Below the pieces are notes generated by a model. That model made no database searches, was not told the DNA's origin, and saw nothing but the letters and a program-made list of their open reading frames with translations. Below, one piece after another: positions 1 to 8,882 of a stretch of 64,000 bases of DNA (position 1 is the first letter of the stretch; every line of letters starts with the position of its first letter). Source of the stretch: Bdellovibrionales bacterium. Its GTDB lineage: Bacteria > Bdellovibrionota > Bdellovibrionia > Bdellovibrionales > UBA1609. The DNA lies in contig OZ241456.1 of assembly GCA_965200875.1 (NCBI GenBank), positions 960,001-1,024,000 on the forward strand. The letters are read 5' to 3'. A program made the position numbers and the translations under genes.

Positions 1-120
1 TATTCAAATAAATATTTTAAACTTTTTAAATTAAATTACAGATTTTACTTGAATACAGCAGAGAATTTTTTTATCCAGAAAGTCCTCAGTCGCACTCCAT
101 AAACGAAACATATAAAAAAG

Positions 121-951
121 GTGAGTCAGCCAATGTTTGAATTTACTTACGACAAAAACAGGAGGCAGGTTTGTCCTTTGTCTGGAGGCAAAGACTCAAC
201 AGCTATGGCTATTTTTTTGAAAAACAGAGTGCCTGATTTGGAATATGTTTTTTGTGATACAGGCAGTGAATTGCCAGAAACCTATCAATACTTAGACAAA
301 TTGGAAGCTTTTTTAAGCCAAAAAATTATTCGGCTGAACAGTGAAAAAAACTTCGATTATTTATTAAAACAGCATTCGGATTATTTGCCTTCTCCGCGGG
401 CCAGATGGTGCACAATGGAGATGAAAATCAAGTCTTTTGAAAGATATATCGGGGAGGATTTGATAGAAAGCTATATCGGAATCCGTGCGGATGAATTAAG
501 GCAAGGTTATATTTCCAAAAAAGAGACTATTTTACCCCGTTATCCTTTTAAAGAAGAGGGAATTGATCTTGACGGGGTTAATCAAATTCTGGAAGAATCA
601 GGTATTGGCCTTCCAAAATATTACGAGTGGCGGGTGCGTTCTGGCTGTTACTTTTGCTTTTTTCAGAGAAAAATTGAATGGGTGGGTTTGTTGGAAAAAC
701 ACCCTGAGTTATTTAAAAAAGCCAAGTGGTACGAGCAACAAAACTACAAAGGGGATGGTGTTCCGTTTACATGGGTGGATGGTATGCCTTTGGAAGAGGT
801 GGAAAAAAACAAAGAAAAAATTAAAGCTGACTATCAAAAAAGAATGGAAAAAGCAAAATTGAGTCAAAAAGGCAAACACATTACAGATGTTTTTAAAGAT
901 GTCGTAAACGAAGACGATCAAGAAGATGCCTGCTTAATCTGCGATTTATAA
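121..951 (+). CDS. sspD: PAPS reductase-family protein, SspD/DndC-like (DNA phosphorothioation)
   Basis: SGGKDS PP-loop, DTGxELPETY, RWCT, IGIRADE, RSGCYFCFFQ and C-terminal CxxC; neighbours are DUF262 proteins and a cysteine desulfurase. The true start may be ATG 133. Confidence 0.75.
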   Translation: MSQPMFEFTYDKNRRQVCPLSGGKDSTAMAIFLKNRVPDLEYVFCDTGSELPETYQYLDKLEAFLSQKIIRLNSEKNFDYLLKQHSDYLPSPRARWCTMEMKIKSFERYIGEDLIESYIGIRADELRQGYISKKETILPRYPFKEEGIDLDGVNQILEESGIGLPKYYEWRVRSGCYFCFFQRKIEWVGLLEKHPELFKKAKWYEQQNYKGDGVPFTWVDGMPLEEVEKNKEKIKADYQKRMEKAKLSQKGKHITDVFKDVVNEDDQEDACLICDL

Positions 952-970
952 AATAAAAGGAAATAGGAAA

Positions 971-1852
971 ATGCAACTACAGTTTTTTGAAAAACCACTT
1001 AAAAAAAAGATTGTTAATGTTGCGACAGTGCCTCATCGCAGTCCTTTCAGGTATCCAGGGGGTAAAACATGGTTTGTTCCTTTTTTCAGACAATGGATGA
1101 AAAGCAAAAAACAACAACCAGCCTTACTAATAGAACCTTTTACAGGAGGGGGTATAATAGGGCTTACAGCCGCTTTTGAAGATTTGGCTGATCACATTCT
1201 CTTAGTGGAAAAAGACGAAAATGTGGCTTCTGTTTGGAAAGTCTTGCTTGAAAAAAACTATCAAAAATTAATAAATGAAATTTTAAATTTTGAATTGACA
1301 CTTGAGAATGTAACAAAAACTCTAAAACTAAAACCCAAGTCCCTTTATCAACAGGCATTACAAACAATTATCCGAAACAGAGTCAGTTATGGTGGTATTA
1401 TGGCTCATGGTTCTGGTTTAACAAAAAATGGAGAAAATGGCAGAGGGCTTTCTTCCAGATGGTATCCGGCCACTTTATCTAAAAGAATGAAAGATATTGC
1501 TTATATAAAAAGAAAGATCTGTTTTGTTCAAGGGTGTGGGTTGGAGATCATTCAAAAGCACAAGAATACAAAAGAGAATTGTTTTTTTGTTGATCCTCCT
1601 TATACAGCTTTTGGAAAACAAGCAGGGAAGAGGTTATACAAGTATCATAATATTGACCATGAGTATCTTTTTAAACTTTTTCGCAACAGTCCTGCTGATT
1701 TTTTATTTACTTATGATATAAATAAAGAGATTTTAAAATTGGCAAAACATTTTAACTTTCAAACGGCTGTAGTCCCAATGAAAAACACTCATAATAAAAA
1801 AATGAAAGAATTAATTATAGGAAAAAATTTATCATGGCTATCAAGCAAATAA
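971..1852 (+). CDS. Dam/D12-class N6-adenine DNA methyltransferase
   Basis: SPFRYPGGK, EPFTGGG (motif I) and DPPY (motif IV). Confidence 0.9.
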   Translation: MQLQFFEKPLKKKIVNVATVPHRSPFRYPGGKTWFVPFFRQWMKSKKQQPALLIEPFTGGGIIGLTAAFEDLADHILLVEKDENVASVWKVLLEKNYQKLINEILNFELTLENVTKTLKLKPKSLYQQALQTIIRNRVSYGGIMAHGSGLTKNGENGRGLSSRWYPATLSKRMKDIAYIKRKICFVQGCGLEIIQKHKNTKENCFFVDPPYTAFGKQAGKRLYKYHNIDHEYLFKLFRNSPADFLFTYDINKEILKLAKHFNFQTAVVPMKNTHNKKMKELIIGKNLSWLSSK

Positions 1853-3754
1853 ATGGGGTTTATAATGTCTGAATCAAAATTAAAAGTACAGGTTTTAGAA
1901 GGAGCTGACAATAAACTGGATCTTGCAAAACTGGAAGATGTTTTAAAGAGAAAGCTTATAATCCCTTCTTACCAAAGGCCATACGCATGGGAATCAGAAG
2001 ATATAGGGGAGATTTTTCAAACAATTTCAAACTCACAGGAAAACTATGAAGATATATGTTTTTTTGGATCAATAATTTTATCTAAAAAAAGTAATGGTAA
2101 TGGTTTTGGTCAAGAAAAGTATTATATTATTGATGGACAGCAAAGGCTTTCTTCATTTCTACTTATTTTAAGAATTTTTTTAAATCAGTTAGATGAGCTT
2201 TTAAAAAAATTACAAGATTCTATAGAAAATGGAACAGAACAGCAAATAGAGAAAAAACTGAAACTAAAAAACAAAAGAAGCAAACTATTAAACATAATTC
2301 AAACTGTAGACTTAGACAGAGAAAGCTCTGTCATTGAAAATGAAAAATCAATACTTAATTTTATAAAAAATGGAAGAGATTCTGATAAACTTCCAAAACA
2401 TCTAAGTAAAAAAATAGCCATAATATATAATCTCTCTCCAATTCGTCATGAAAATGATTTATTTGACTCAAATTATATAGAATATATTGATGAACTTTTA
2501 AAGTTTTTGGATATTATTTTAAATAAAGTTAAATTTTGTTTGATTTGTATTACAGGAAAACACTCAGAAGATTTTGCTATTAACCTGTTTAATACATTAA
2601 ACACAACAGGGCAACCTCTTACTGCCTTTGAAGTTTTGAAATCAGAGTTGCATACGATTGAGCAAGATTTATCAAAAAAAATTAATGATATACAATCAAA
2701 AATTATAAAACAATATATATTTCAAAGGAAAAAAATTATTACTCATACTGGGAAATTATTGCTTTATTTGCCACTTTATAGAGGAGATTTTACAGAAAAC
2801 GGTTATACTTTGTCTGATAAAAAATTTAAAGATCAAAGAGGATATTTAAAAGAAGTTTTAAAAAACAAAGATGTTGAGTCAGCGCAATCCATAGTTAATG
2901 ATATAGAAATCATTGATGATTTTTATTCAAAATATTGGTTAAAACCAGATTCATTTCCACAATTATTTCAAGAACATGATGAACAGATTTGTTTTCAATT
3001 TTTATCAGAGTTGAAACATGATCGTGTCTTACCAATATTAATTCGCTTTTATAAAGAAAATCAAAAATTATTGGGAAAATGTGTAAAAACCTGCACAGCT
3101 TTTTCTGTTTTATGGAGAGCCTTTTGTGACGGAGGGACTTCCGGCATTGATAAAGCCTATAAAGAAATTTCTTTAAAACTAAAAAATTATGAAATACAAG
3201 AGTTAAATACACAATTAAAAATTTTATTTTTCAATAAAATTGAATCACAAAATATTCAAAAAATAAAAAGCAGTTGGACACAAAAACTTAAAACCAGTAC
3301 TATTTATAAAAATCAAAAGTTGTCAAAACTTTTACTTTTTTTAGCTTACAATCAAAGAGATTTTGATCCTGCTCAGAAATTATTAAGATCAGGTAAAGGA
3401 ATTAATATTTTAACTCTTTATCACTGGAAAGATCAAGATTATAAAACCATAGAGCATATCATTCCAAAATCTGACAGATCAATTATAGGTCACACACACA
3501 CTTTAGGCAATCTTACTCTTCTTCCCCAAGTATTAAATTCTTCTTTAGGAAATAAACCCTTTTCAGATAAACTCAAACAGTATAAAATTTTTACTCAAAC
3601 AGAGAATAAAGATAAATATCCTTATCTCCCTATTATCGCACATATTGCCCACTATAATCAATTTGAAAAGAAAGAAATAGAAAGTCGCTCTGAAGTACTT
3701 GCTGAATTTATTTGGAAAACATTGGCTGAAGATTGGTTGGGCTGGGAAAAATGA
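1853..3754 (+). CDS. sspE: DUF262 + DUF1524(HNH) protein, SspE-like restriction effector
   Basis: IPSYQRPYAW, IIDGQQRL, FNTLNTTGQPLTAFE, LWRA..GGT..ID; C-terminal EHIIP...GNLTLL...NS HNH motif; context next to the sspD-like gene. Confidence 0.7.
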   Translation: MGFIMSESKLKVQVLEGADNKLDLAKLEDVLKRKLIIPSYQRPYAWESEDIGEIFQTISNSQENYEDICFFGSIILSKKSNGNGFGQEKYYIIDGQQRLSSFLLILRIFLNQLDELLKKLQDSIENGTEQQIEKKLKLKNKRSKLLNIIQTVDLDRESSVIENEKSILNFIKNGRDSDKLPKHLSKKIAIIYNLSPIRHENDLFDSNYIEYIDELLKFLDIILNKVKFCLICITGKHSEDFAINLFNTLNTTGQPLTAFEVLKSELHTIEQDLSKKINDIQSKIIKQYIFQRKKIITHTGKLLLYLPLYRGDFTENGYTLSDKKFKDQRGYLKEVLKNKDVESAQSIVNDIEIIDDFYSKYWLKPDSFPQLFQEHDEQICFQFLSELKHDRVLPILIRFYKENQKLLGKCVKTCTAFSVLWRAFCDGGTSGIDKAYKEISLKLKNYEIQELNTQLKILFFNKIESQNIQKIKSSWTQKLKTSTIYKNQKLSKLLLFLAYNQRDFDPAQKLLRSGKGINILTLYHWKDQDYKTIEHIIPKSDRSIIGHTHTLGNLTLLPQVLNSSLGNKPFSDKLKQYKIFTQTENKDKYPYLPIIAHIAHYNQFEKKEIESRSEVLAEFIWKTLAEDWLGWEK

Positions 3755-3826
3755 TTTGTTTAAATTGATATGGTGTGATTGGAAGAAATATCAACTATAA
3801 CAAAAAAGGAGATGGAGATGGAAAGG
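3741..3826 (+). repeat. Collapsed copy of the DUF262 3' end and downstream junction (copy of 6106-6143 and ~6269-6305)
   Basis: gctggRaaaaatgatttgtttaaattgatatggtgtga follows both DUF262 genes; aactataacaaaaaaggagRtggagatggaa repeats the start of ORF 6291. Confidence 0.9.
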
Positions 3827-3837
3827 ACGACAAGTGT

Positions 3838-4006
3838 AAAAACTTTCGATTATTTATTAAAACAGTATTCGGATTATTTACCTTCTCCGTGGGCCAGGTT
3901 GTGTACAATGGAGATGAAAATCAAGTCTTTTGAAAGATATAAAAGATGTTGTAAATGATGACGATCAGGAAGATGCCTGCTTAATCTGTGATTTATAAAA
4001 TAAAAG
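3838..4006 (+). pseudogene. Internally deleted relic of the sspD-like gene
   Basis: 3838-3941 matches ~346-448 and 3942-4006 matches ~895-959, joined at aaagat microhomology; substitutions are mostly transitions. Confidence 0.9.
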
Positions 4007-4019
4007 AAAGGAAAAGACA

Positions 4020-6119
4020 ATGGAATCTAAAGAAAAAATAATAAAGACAATAATAGATGATATAAGTAGTGGTAATTTGTTACTGCCTCATTTTCAAAGA
4101 GACTTTGATTGGAAACCAGATAAGCAAAAAGATTTAATAGCTTCTTTTTTATATAATATCCCTATTGGCAGTATATTGCTTTTACAAACAAATACTGCAA
4201 CAGATATGACTACAAAAAAGATTGGATATAAAGAACCTGAGAACCAAAAAAACAGCAATCAGCCACCAAAGTCTTATTTGATGGATGGTCAACAGAGATT
4301 AACCACTTTAAAAAGTGTGTTTGATGACTTCTTTAAAGAATCTGAAGACAATGAAATATTTAATAAGCTATATCACAACTTGAAGTACAGATGGTTTTTA
4401 AAATTAAATATTTTTAGCCAAGGTGATATGATTGAAGAGTCACATTTAAGAATTATTTTAGATCTTATCTATAAGAGGGAAATATCTGATGATAGAAGTG
4501 TTTCAGATGTAAAAGACTTGATCAGTCAACTACAAATTCATAAATCTAGACCAGAAAAACCTTATCATCCTGAAGCTTTACGGAAAAATAAATCGGATTT
4601 TAGAAATTTTCTGGAGAAAAATCAATTTCTAGGTTTATTTTTACTTTTACCTACAACAAAGACAGGTTCTTTATCTCGAGAATATACAGATCTTCTGAAA
4701 GATCCAACACAAAAAATATTTGAAGAAGAGTGGTTAAAGAAACTTCAAGGTGATACTAAAATACAATTTATAAAAATTTTAAAAGAATATGAAAAAGAAG
4801 AATTAGATTTCAATAACTCAGATCAAATAAAACGCATATCTAGACAGTGGGCAGACGACTTATATGACGCTTTAAGACATTTATTCACTGAAAGTAGAAA
4901 ACTTTTTACTGTAAGTTATGGAGACAGTTTTTCCAAAGCGGTTGAAGCCTTTACAGCTATGAATAAAGGAGGACTACCTTTAAGCACATTTGATATTATC
5001 GTAGCTAAATATTCAGCTTTACAGGATAGCAAACCATTGAAAGAACGTATAATAGAAAAATTTAAAGAATTTTGTAAAGAACATACAGAGTTATTACCAA
5101 AAATTGAATGTGAGAAAATATTTAATCATTTTCCAAAGGATCAAAGCTCTGAAACACAAAAGTTTTATAACCAATATCTAAATATGCTAAGCATTCTTTC
5201 TTCTAAAAATAATAATGAATCAAATAATTTACAATCAGATCACATTAAAGAAAAAAAGAAACTATCTTTAACAAAGAAGGAGATTAATGAATATACTGAT
5301 GAGTCAATTCATGCCATTGCTTTGGCTTTTAGGTTTTTATCTGGATATTGTGGGGTGTCAAGAATAACTGATATTTCTTATCAATTAATGATTCTTCCAA
5401 TAGCAAAAAGTTTATATGATAAAACCTCCTCTCAGTCTCTAATATCTAAAAATATTTACAAAATATTGCATTGGTATTGGAGTGCGATTTTTAGTGGGCG
5501 GTATAGAGAAAAACAAAATAGCCGAGCAATAGAAGATATAAAAAATCTAAAAAAAATTTTAGATAATGAGTCATCAAATGTAAGTAGTAAAAAAGTTTTT
5601 TCCGATACAGGCTATAGTGATTTAGAATCACTAAAAAATAATGATACCCCTGCACTAAAGAATCCGATTATGCAATTTATTTTCATAAATAAAATTCTGA
5701 ATGAGAATTGTAAAAACCCAGAAGATGTTATTTCTAAATTGGAAAAAGGAGATTTTGAGATATCTCATTTAATTTCATTGGATGATTATAATAAAAAAAC
5801 AACCCAACAAATCAAAAGAAATTCTCCTCACTATATTAATTCTGTGCTTAATTTGTCTTTATTGTCAAAAGACATAAACCGTTTTGATCGTAGTAAAAGC
5901 TGGTATGAATGGAATCAAGATAAATTAAAAAAAGAAAATATTTTAATACCAGAAAAAATTAATAGACAGAATTGGGATGAATTTAGCAAGTCTGCTAAAA
6001 ATGCTGATTATGATCAATGGGAGAAGTTATGTGAAAGTTTTTTAGAATGTAGATTTAAAGAAATAAAAAAAACAGTAGAAAACAGATTAGAAGCTCTTAA
6101 ACAAAGCTGGAAAAAATGA
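4020..6119 (+). CDS. DUF262 domain protein, GmrSD-like modification-dependent nuclease candidate
   Basis: LPHFQRDFDW, PIGSILLL, MDGQQRLTTL, FTAMNKGGLPLSTFD, WYW..IFSGRY; degenerate HNH-like EISHLI...NSVLNL. Confidence 0.75.
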   Translation: MESKEKIIKTIIDDISSGNLLLPHFQRDFDWKPDKQKDLIASFLYNIPIGSILLLQTNTATDMTTKKIGYKEPENQKNSNQPPKSYLMDGQQRLTTLKSVFDDFFKESEDNEIFNKLYHNLKYRWFLKLNIFSQGDMIEESHLRIILDLIYKREISDDRSVSDVKDLISQLQIHKSRPEKPYHPEALRKNKSDFRNFLEKNQFLGLFLLLPTTKTGSLSREYTDLLKDPTQKIFEEEWLKKLQGDTKIQFIKILKEYEKEELDFNNSDQIKRISRQWADDLYDALRHLFTESRKLFTVSYGDSFSKAVEAFTAMNKGGLPLSTFDIIVAKYSALQDSKPLKERIIEKFKEFCKEHTELLPKIECEKIFNHFPKDQSSETQKFYNQYLNMLSILSSKNNNESNNLQSDHIKEKKKLSLTKKEINEYTDESIHAIALAFRFLSGYCGVSRITDISYQLMILPIAKSLYDKTSSQSLISKNIYKILHWYWSAIFSGRYREKQNSRAIEDIKNLKKILDNESSNVSSKKVFSDTGYSDLESLKNNDTPALKNPIMQFIFINKILNENCKNPEDVISKLEKGDFEISHLISLDDYNKKTTQQIKRNSPHYINSVLNLSLLSKDINRFDRSKSWYEWNQDKLKKENILIPEKINRQNWDEFSKSAKNADYDQWEKLCESFLECRFKEIKKTVENRLEALKQSWKK

Positions 6120-6142
6120 TTTGTTTAAATTGATATGGTGTG

Positions 6143-6260
6143 ACTGATGGAACAATATGTTGTTGATTTGGATTTCCGCTTTCGCGAGAATGATAATCCT
6201 TTGGGGATAGAGTGATAAGAGGCGAATATTTGAAACACAAAGATTTTTCAGGGATAACTA
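6143..6260 (+). mobile_element. Degenerate MITE-like element (ATTCCC-N8-GGGAAT family)
   Basis: ggatttccgctttcgcgagaatga core and tttttcagggataacta right end resemble the intact copies at 17215 and 18632. Confidence 0.6.
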
Positions 6261-6290
6261 AAATATATAAACTATAACAAAAAAAAGGAG

Positions 6291-6725
6291 GTGGAGATGG
6301 AAGGGGTGGCTGTTACTAGGATTAAAGATCAGAATTTTCAAATACTAAGTTGTTACCAGATTGCAGACTATAAAGAAGATGATAAAGTGTTTTTTAACAA
6401 ACAGCATTTAAAGGAACTACTAATGCCTCTTAAGGAAATAGAAGGAGGTCGCATTGTTATTAAAAAAGTGGAAGAGCAGGCAAAAGATTTTTTGTTAAAA
6501 AATTTAGAGAAAGCGCGCAAGATTGTGCTATGGCACTTTAAAAGTCAGCGAGAAACAGCATACAGTATAGCTTTTCACAAAGTGAAGGGTGTAATATTTG
6601 CCTTTCTTTTGACTCCTATCACCACCGCTGAATTAAAAGAAATAGAAAGCCGGGCGGAAGGAGTAAGCTATTTAACAGGAGATAAAGCTGACCTATCTAA
6701 GACCAAAAAAGATTTTATTCAGTAA
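6291..6725 (+). CDS. Hypothetical protein
   Basis: 144-aa ORF with AAGGAGG Shine-Dalgarno; start could be ATG 6297. Confidence 0.6.
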   Translation: MEMEGVAVTRIKDQNFQILSCYQIADYKEDDKVFFNKQHLKELLMPLKEIEGGRIVIKKVEEQAKDFLLKNLEKARKIVLWHFKSQRETAYSIAFHKVKGVIFAFLLTPITTAELKEIESRAEGVSYLTGDKADLSKTKKDFIQ

Positions 6726-6730
6726 TGGTA

Positions 6731-6810
6731 AGATTCCCGTTTTTAAGGGACTGAAAGCTCTTAGAGAGCTTTCAGTTTAGTAAAGGAAAACTTTTTTCAT
6801 GGGTAATTAT
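6731..6810 (+). repeat. Partial MITE-like repeat with hairpin (possible terminator)
   Basis: gattcccgtttttaagggactgaaagctcttagagagctttcagttt ... tttttcatgggtaatta. Confidence 0.65.
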
Positions 6811-6829
6811 ACAGGTGTAGGCTAAAGAT

Positions 6830-8113
6830 ATGATTTATTTTGATTATAATTCCACAGCACCTTATTCCCCCTCAGTGAGGAACTACCTAAAAGAGGATTT
6901 GTTACGGAATTGGCAAAATCCATCAGCTATTTACCCACCGGCGAGGATCATGGACCAGCAAATAAGAGAGTGTAGAAAAGTTATCGCAGACTTTTTAAAT
7001 TGCTCGTCTAAGAATTTGTTTTTCACCAGTGGAGGAACAGAAGCAATTAATACTGTGCTCTCCACAGACACTTTAAAGCTTAATGGTTTAAATTCTGTTA
7101 TCAGCTCACCGCTGGAACACCATGCAACACTAAAAAAACTTGAATATCTAAGAGCTTTTTGCTCTGTTCATCAGGATTCCCACTTTCAAGTGGGTAATAA
7201 TGAACAAGGGGAAATCAACTTAAATGATCTGGAGGAGCTTTGTACAAAGCAACCCTATTCCTTAGTGTCTCTTTTATCCTCTAACAACGAAACCGGGGTT
7301 ATTACAAATATAAAAGAAGTAAGCAGGATTGCTAAAAAACATAATTGCCTAGTTCATGTGGATGCAGTTCAGTCTCTGGGAAAAACCCTTGTGGATTTAA
7401 CAGACTGGGGGGTGGACTTTGCCAGCTTCTCTGGTCATAAAATTGGTGCTATGAAGGGAGTTGGTTTTCTTTATGCCAGAAAACCTTTTGCACCTCTAAT
7501 GTATGGTGGTGGACAAGAAAGAAACTTAAGGGCTGGCACATATAACTTTCCGGCTATTTATTCTTTAAAACTTGCCCTACAGGATGTTGATTTTCAAAAA
7601 TGGGAGGGTGTAGGACAATTAAGAGATTACTTTGAAAAGTCTTTGCTAAGTGAATGTAGCTACACAAAACAAGGTGAGATTCCCGCTTTCAAGGGAAAAG
7701 AAGACAACGGTTTGTCTTCCTGTTTGGCATCAGCTGGATTAACAGATACGACTCCAGAAATGAAAAGTATTGTGGGAATGTCAAGTGCAAGTGGTGCAGA
7801 AATGACAAAAAAATACAAAATAAATTGCCAAAGAGCAAAACGTCTGCCCAATACTTCCAGTATTTATTGTATGGGTATGAGCAACCAAGTTGTTTTATTG
7901 CACTTGAACCAAAAAGGAATATGCGCTTCTGCGGGTTCTGCTTGTAATGTTGGTTCTCCTGAGCCTTCTCATGTTGTTACTGCCTTGAGAATATGTGAAG
8001 ATTTGAATCCCAGAGATTATGCTCGTTCCTGCTTTCGGATTTCTCTTTCACCAAATAATACAAAGCACGAAGTGGATATTTTAATAAGTGCTTTAAAAGA
8101 GCTACATTCTTAA
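6830..8113 (+). CDS. Cysteine desulfurase (IscS/NifS family; SspA/DndA-like by context) with a ~50-aa insertion
   Basis: YFDYNST, FTSGGTEA, NNETG, HVDAVQ, SGHKIG (PLP lysine), GGGQE, SAGSAC (catalytic Cys). Confidence 0.9.
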   Translation: MIYFDYNSTAPYSPSVRNYLKEDLLRNWQNPSAIYPPARIMDQQIRECRKVIADFLNCSSKNLFFTSGGTEAINTVLSTDTLKLNGLNSVISSPLEHHATLKKLEYLRAFCSVHQDSHFQVGNNEQGEINLNDLEELCTKQPYSLVSLLSSNNETGVITNIKEVSRIAKKHNCLVHVDAVQSLGKTLVDLTDWGVDFASFSGHKIGAMKGVGFLYARKPFAPLMYGGGQERNLRAGTYNFPAIYSLKLALQDVDFQKWEGVGQLRDYFEKSLLSECSYTKQGEIPAFKGKEDNGLSSCLASAGLTDTTPEMKSIVGMSSASGAEMTKKYKINCQRAKRLPNTSSIYCMGMSNQVVLLHLNQKGICASAGSACNVGSPEPSHVVTALRICEDLNPRDYARSCFRISLSPNNTKHEVDILISALKELHS

Positions 8114-8139
8114 ATGCGCAAAAGCCTAAAAAGCAAGGG

Positions 8140-8166
8140 AAATAACATATTTTTTCACGGGCGAAT
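8140..8166 (-). repeat. Isolated left end of the MITE-like element
   Basis: aaataacatattttttcacgggcgaat is near reverse complement of ccgtgaaaaagtatgttattt. Confidence 0.6.
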
Positions 8167-8292
8167 AAATAAAGTGTGAAAAGATTACAAAATATATATT
8201 TGTAATTGAAAAATTTTGAGAAAAATGGTTATATAATTTTTATTGAGTCCCAAAATTTAGGGGTCAAGAATAAATTGTATAAAAGAGGGTAT

Positions 8293-8850
8293 ATGAAAGC
8301 AATAATTTTACTAGTTATTTCCATGTTGGTTTTTGGTTGTTCAGAGAGTACCAAATTAGATAGTCAATCTTGTTTGACTCCTTCTGGTTCTTTTGGATGT
8401 AATATCACATTGCATGATGTGTATGGTATTGGTATTTACGAAGCGAGAGAGATAGAAAAACTGTTGAGTGATAATCTTGGTCTAGATATACCAGAAGTGG
8501 ATATACCAGAAGTGCCAGATATACCAGATGTGGATATACCAGAAGTGCCAGATATACCAGAAGTGGGAAATGGGAGATTGGACATTCACCGGTCATTAAC
8601 AGAAGAACCAGTTACTCTAAGAAATTGTGATCAAATGAAGATAGTGTTTGATCGTTGTGTTAAAAATGGGAGTAAATCATATTCTTGTAGTACACTTCGC
8701 CATGCTAGAACATGGGGCCTTATAAAAGTTCAATGCAGAAAGGATATAGTTCTTGATAAATGGAATCAATGTAATCCAAAAATTGAAAATCGCCAAACAA
8801 GCCAAGAGGTTCTTACAAGCATTTTTGTAGATCAATGTGTCCGAATCTAG
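8293..8850 (+). CDS. Lipoprotein with DIPEV/PD repeats and a six-Cys C-terminal domain
   Basis: MKAIILLVISMLVFGC lipobox from ATG 8293; tandem gatataccagaagtg repeats at ~8485-8565. Confidence 0.7.
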   Translation: MKAIILLVISMLVFGCSESTKLDSQSCLTPSGSFGCNITLHDVYGIGIYEAREIEKLLSDNLGLDIPEVDIPEVPDIPDVDIPEVPDIPEVGNGRLDIHRSLTEEPVTLRNCDQMKIVFDRCVKNGSKSYSCSTLRHARTWGLIKVQCRKDIVLDKWNQCNPKIENRQTSQEVLTSIFVDQCVRI

Positions 8851-8882
8851 TAAATTCTTAGAAAGGACACTGACAAGATCAA

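Noticed and set aside
1..102. Open frame YSNKYF...SRTP-stop as the end of sspC
   Set aside because: Too short to identify; plausible by context only.
3838..4006. sspD echo as a DGR template/variable repeat pair
   Set aside because: Differences are mostly C>T and G>A rather than adenine-specific, and no reverse transcriptase is present.
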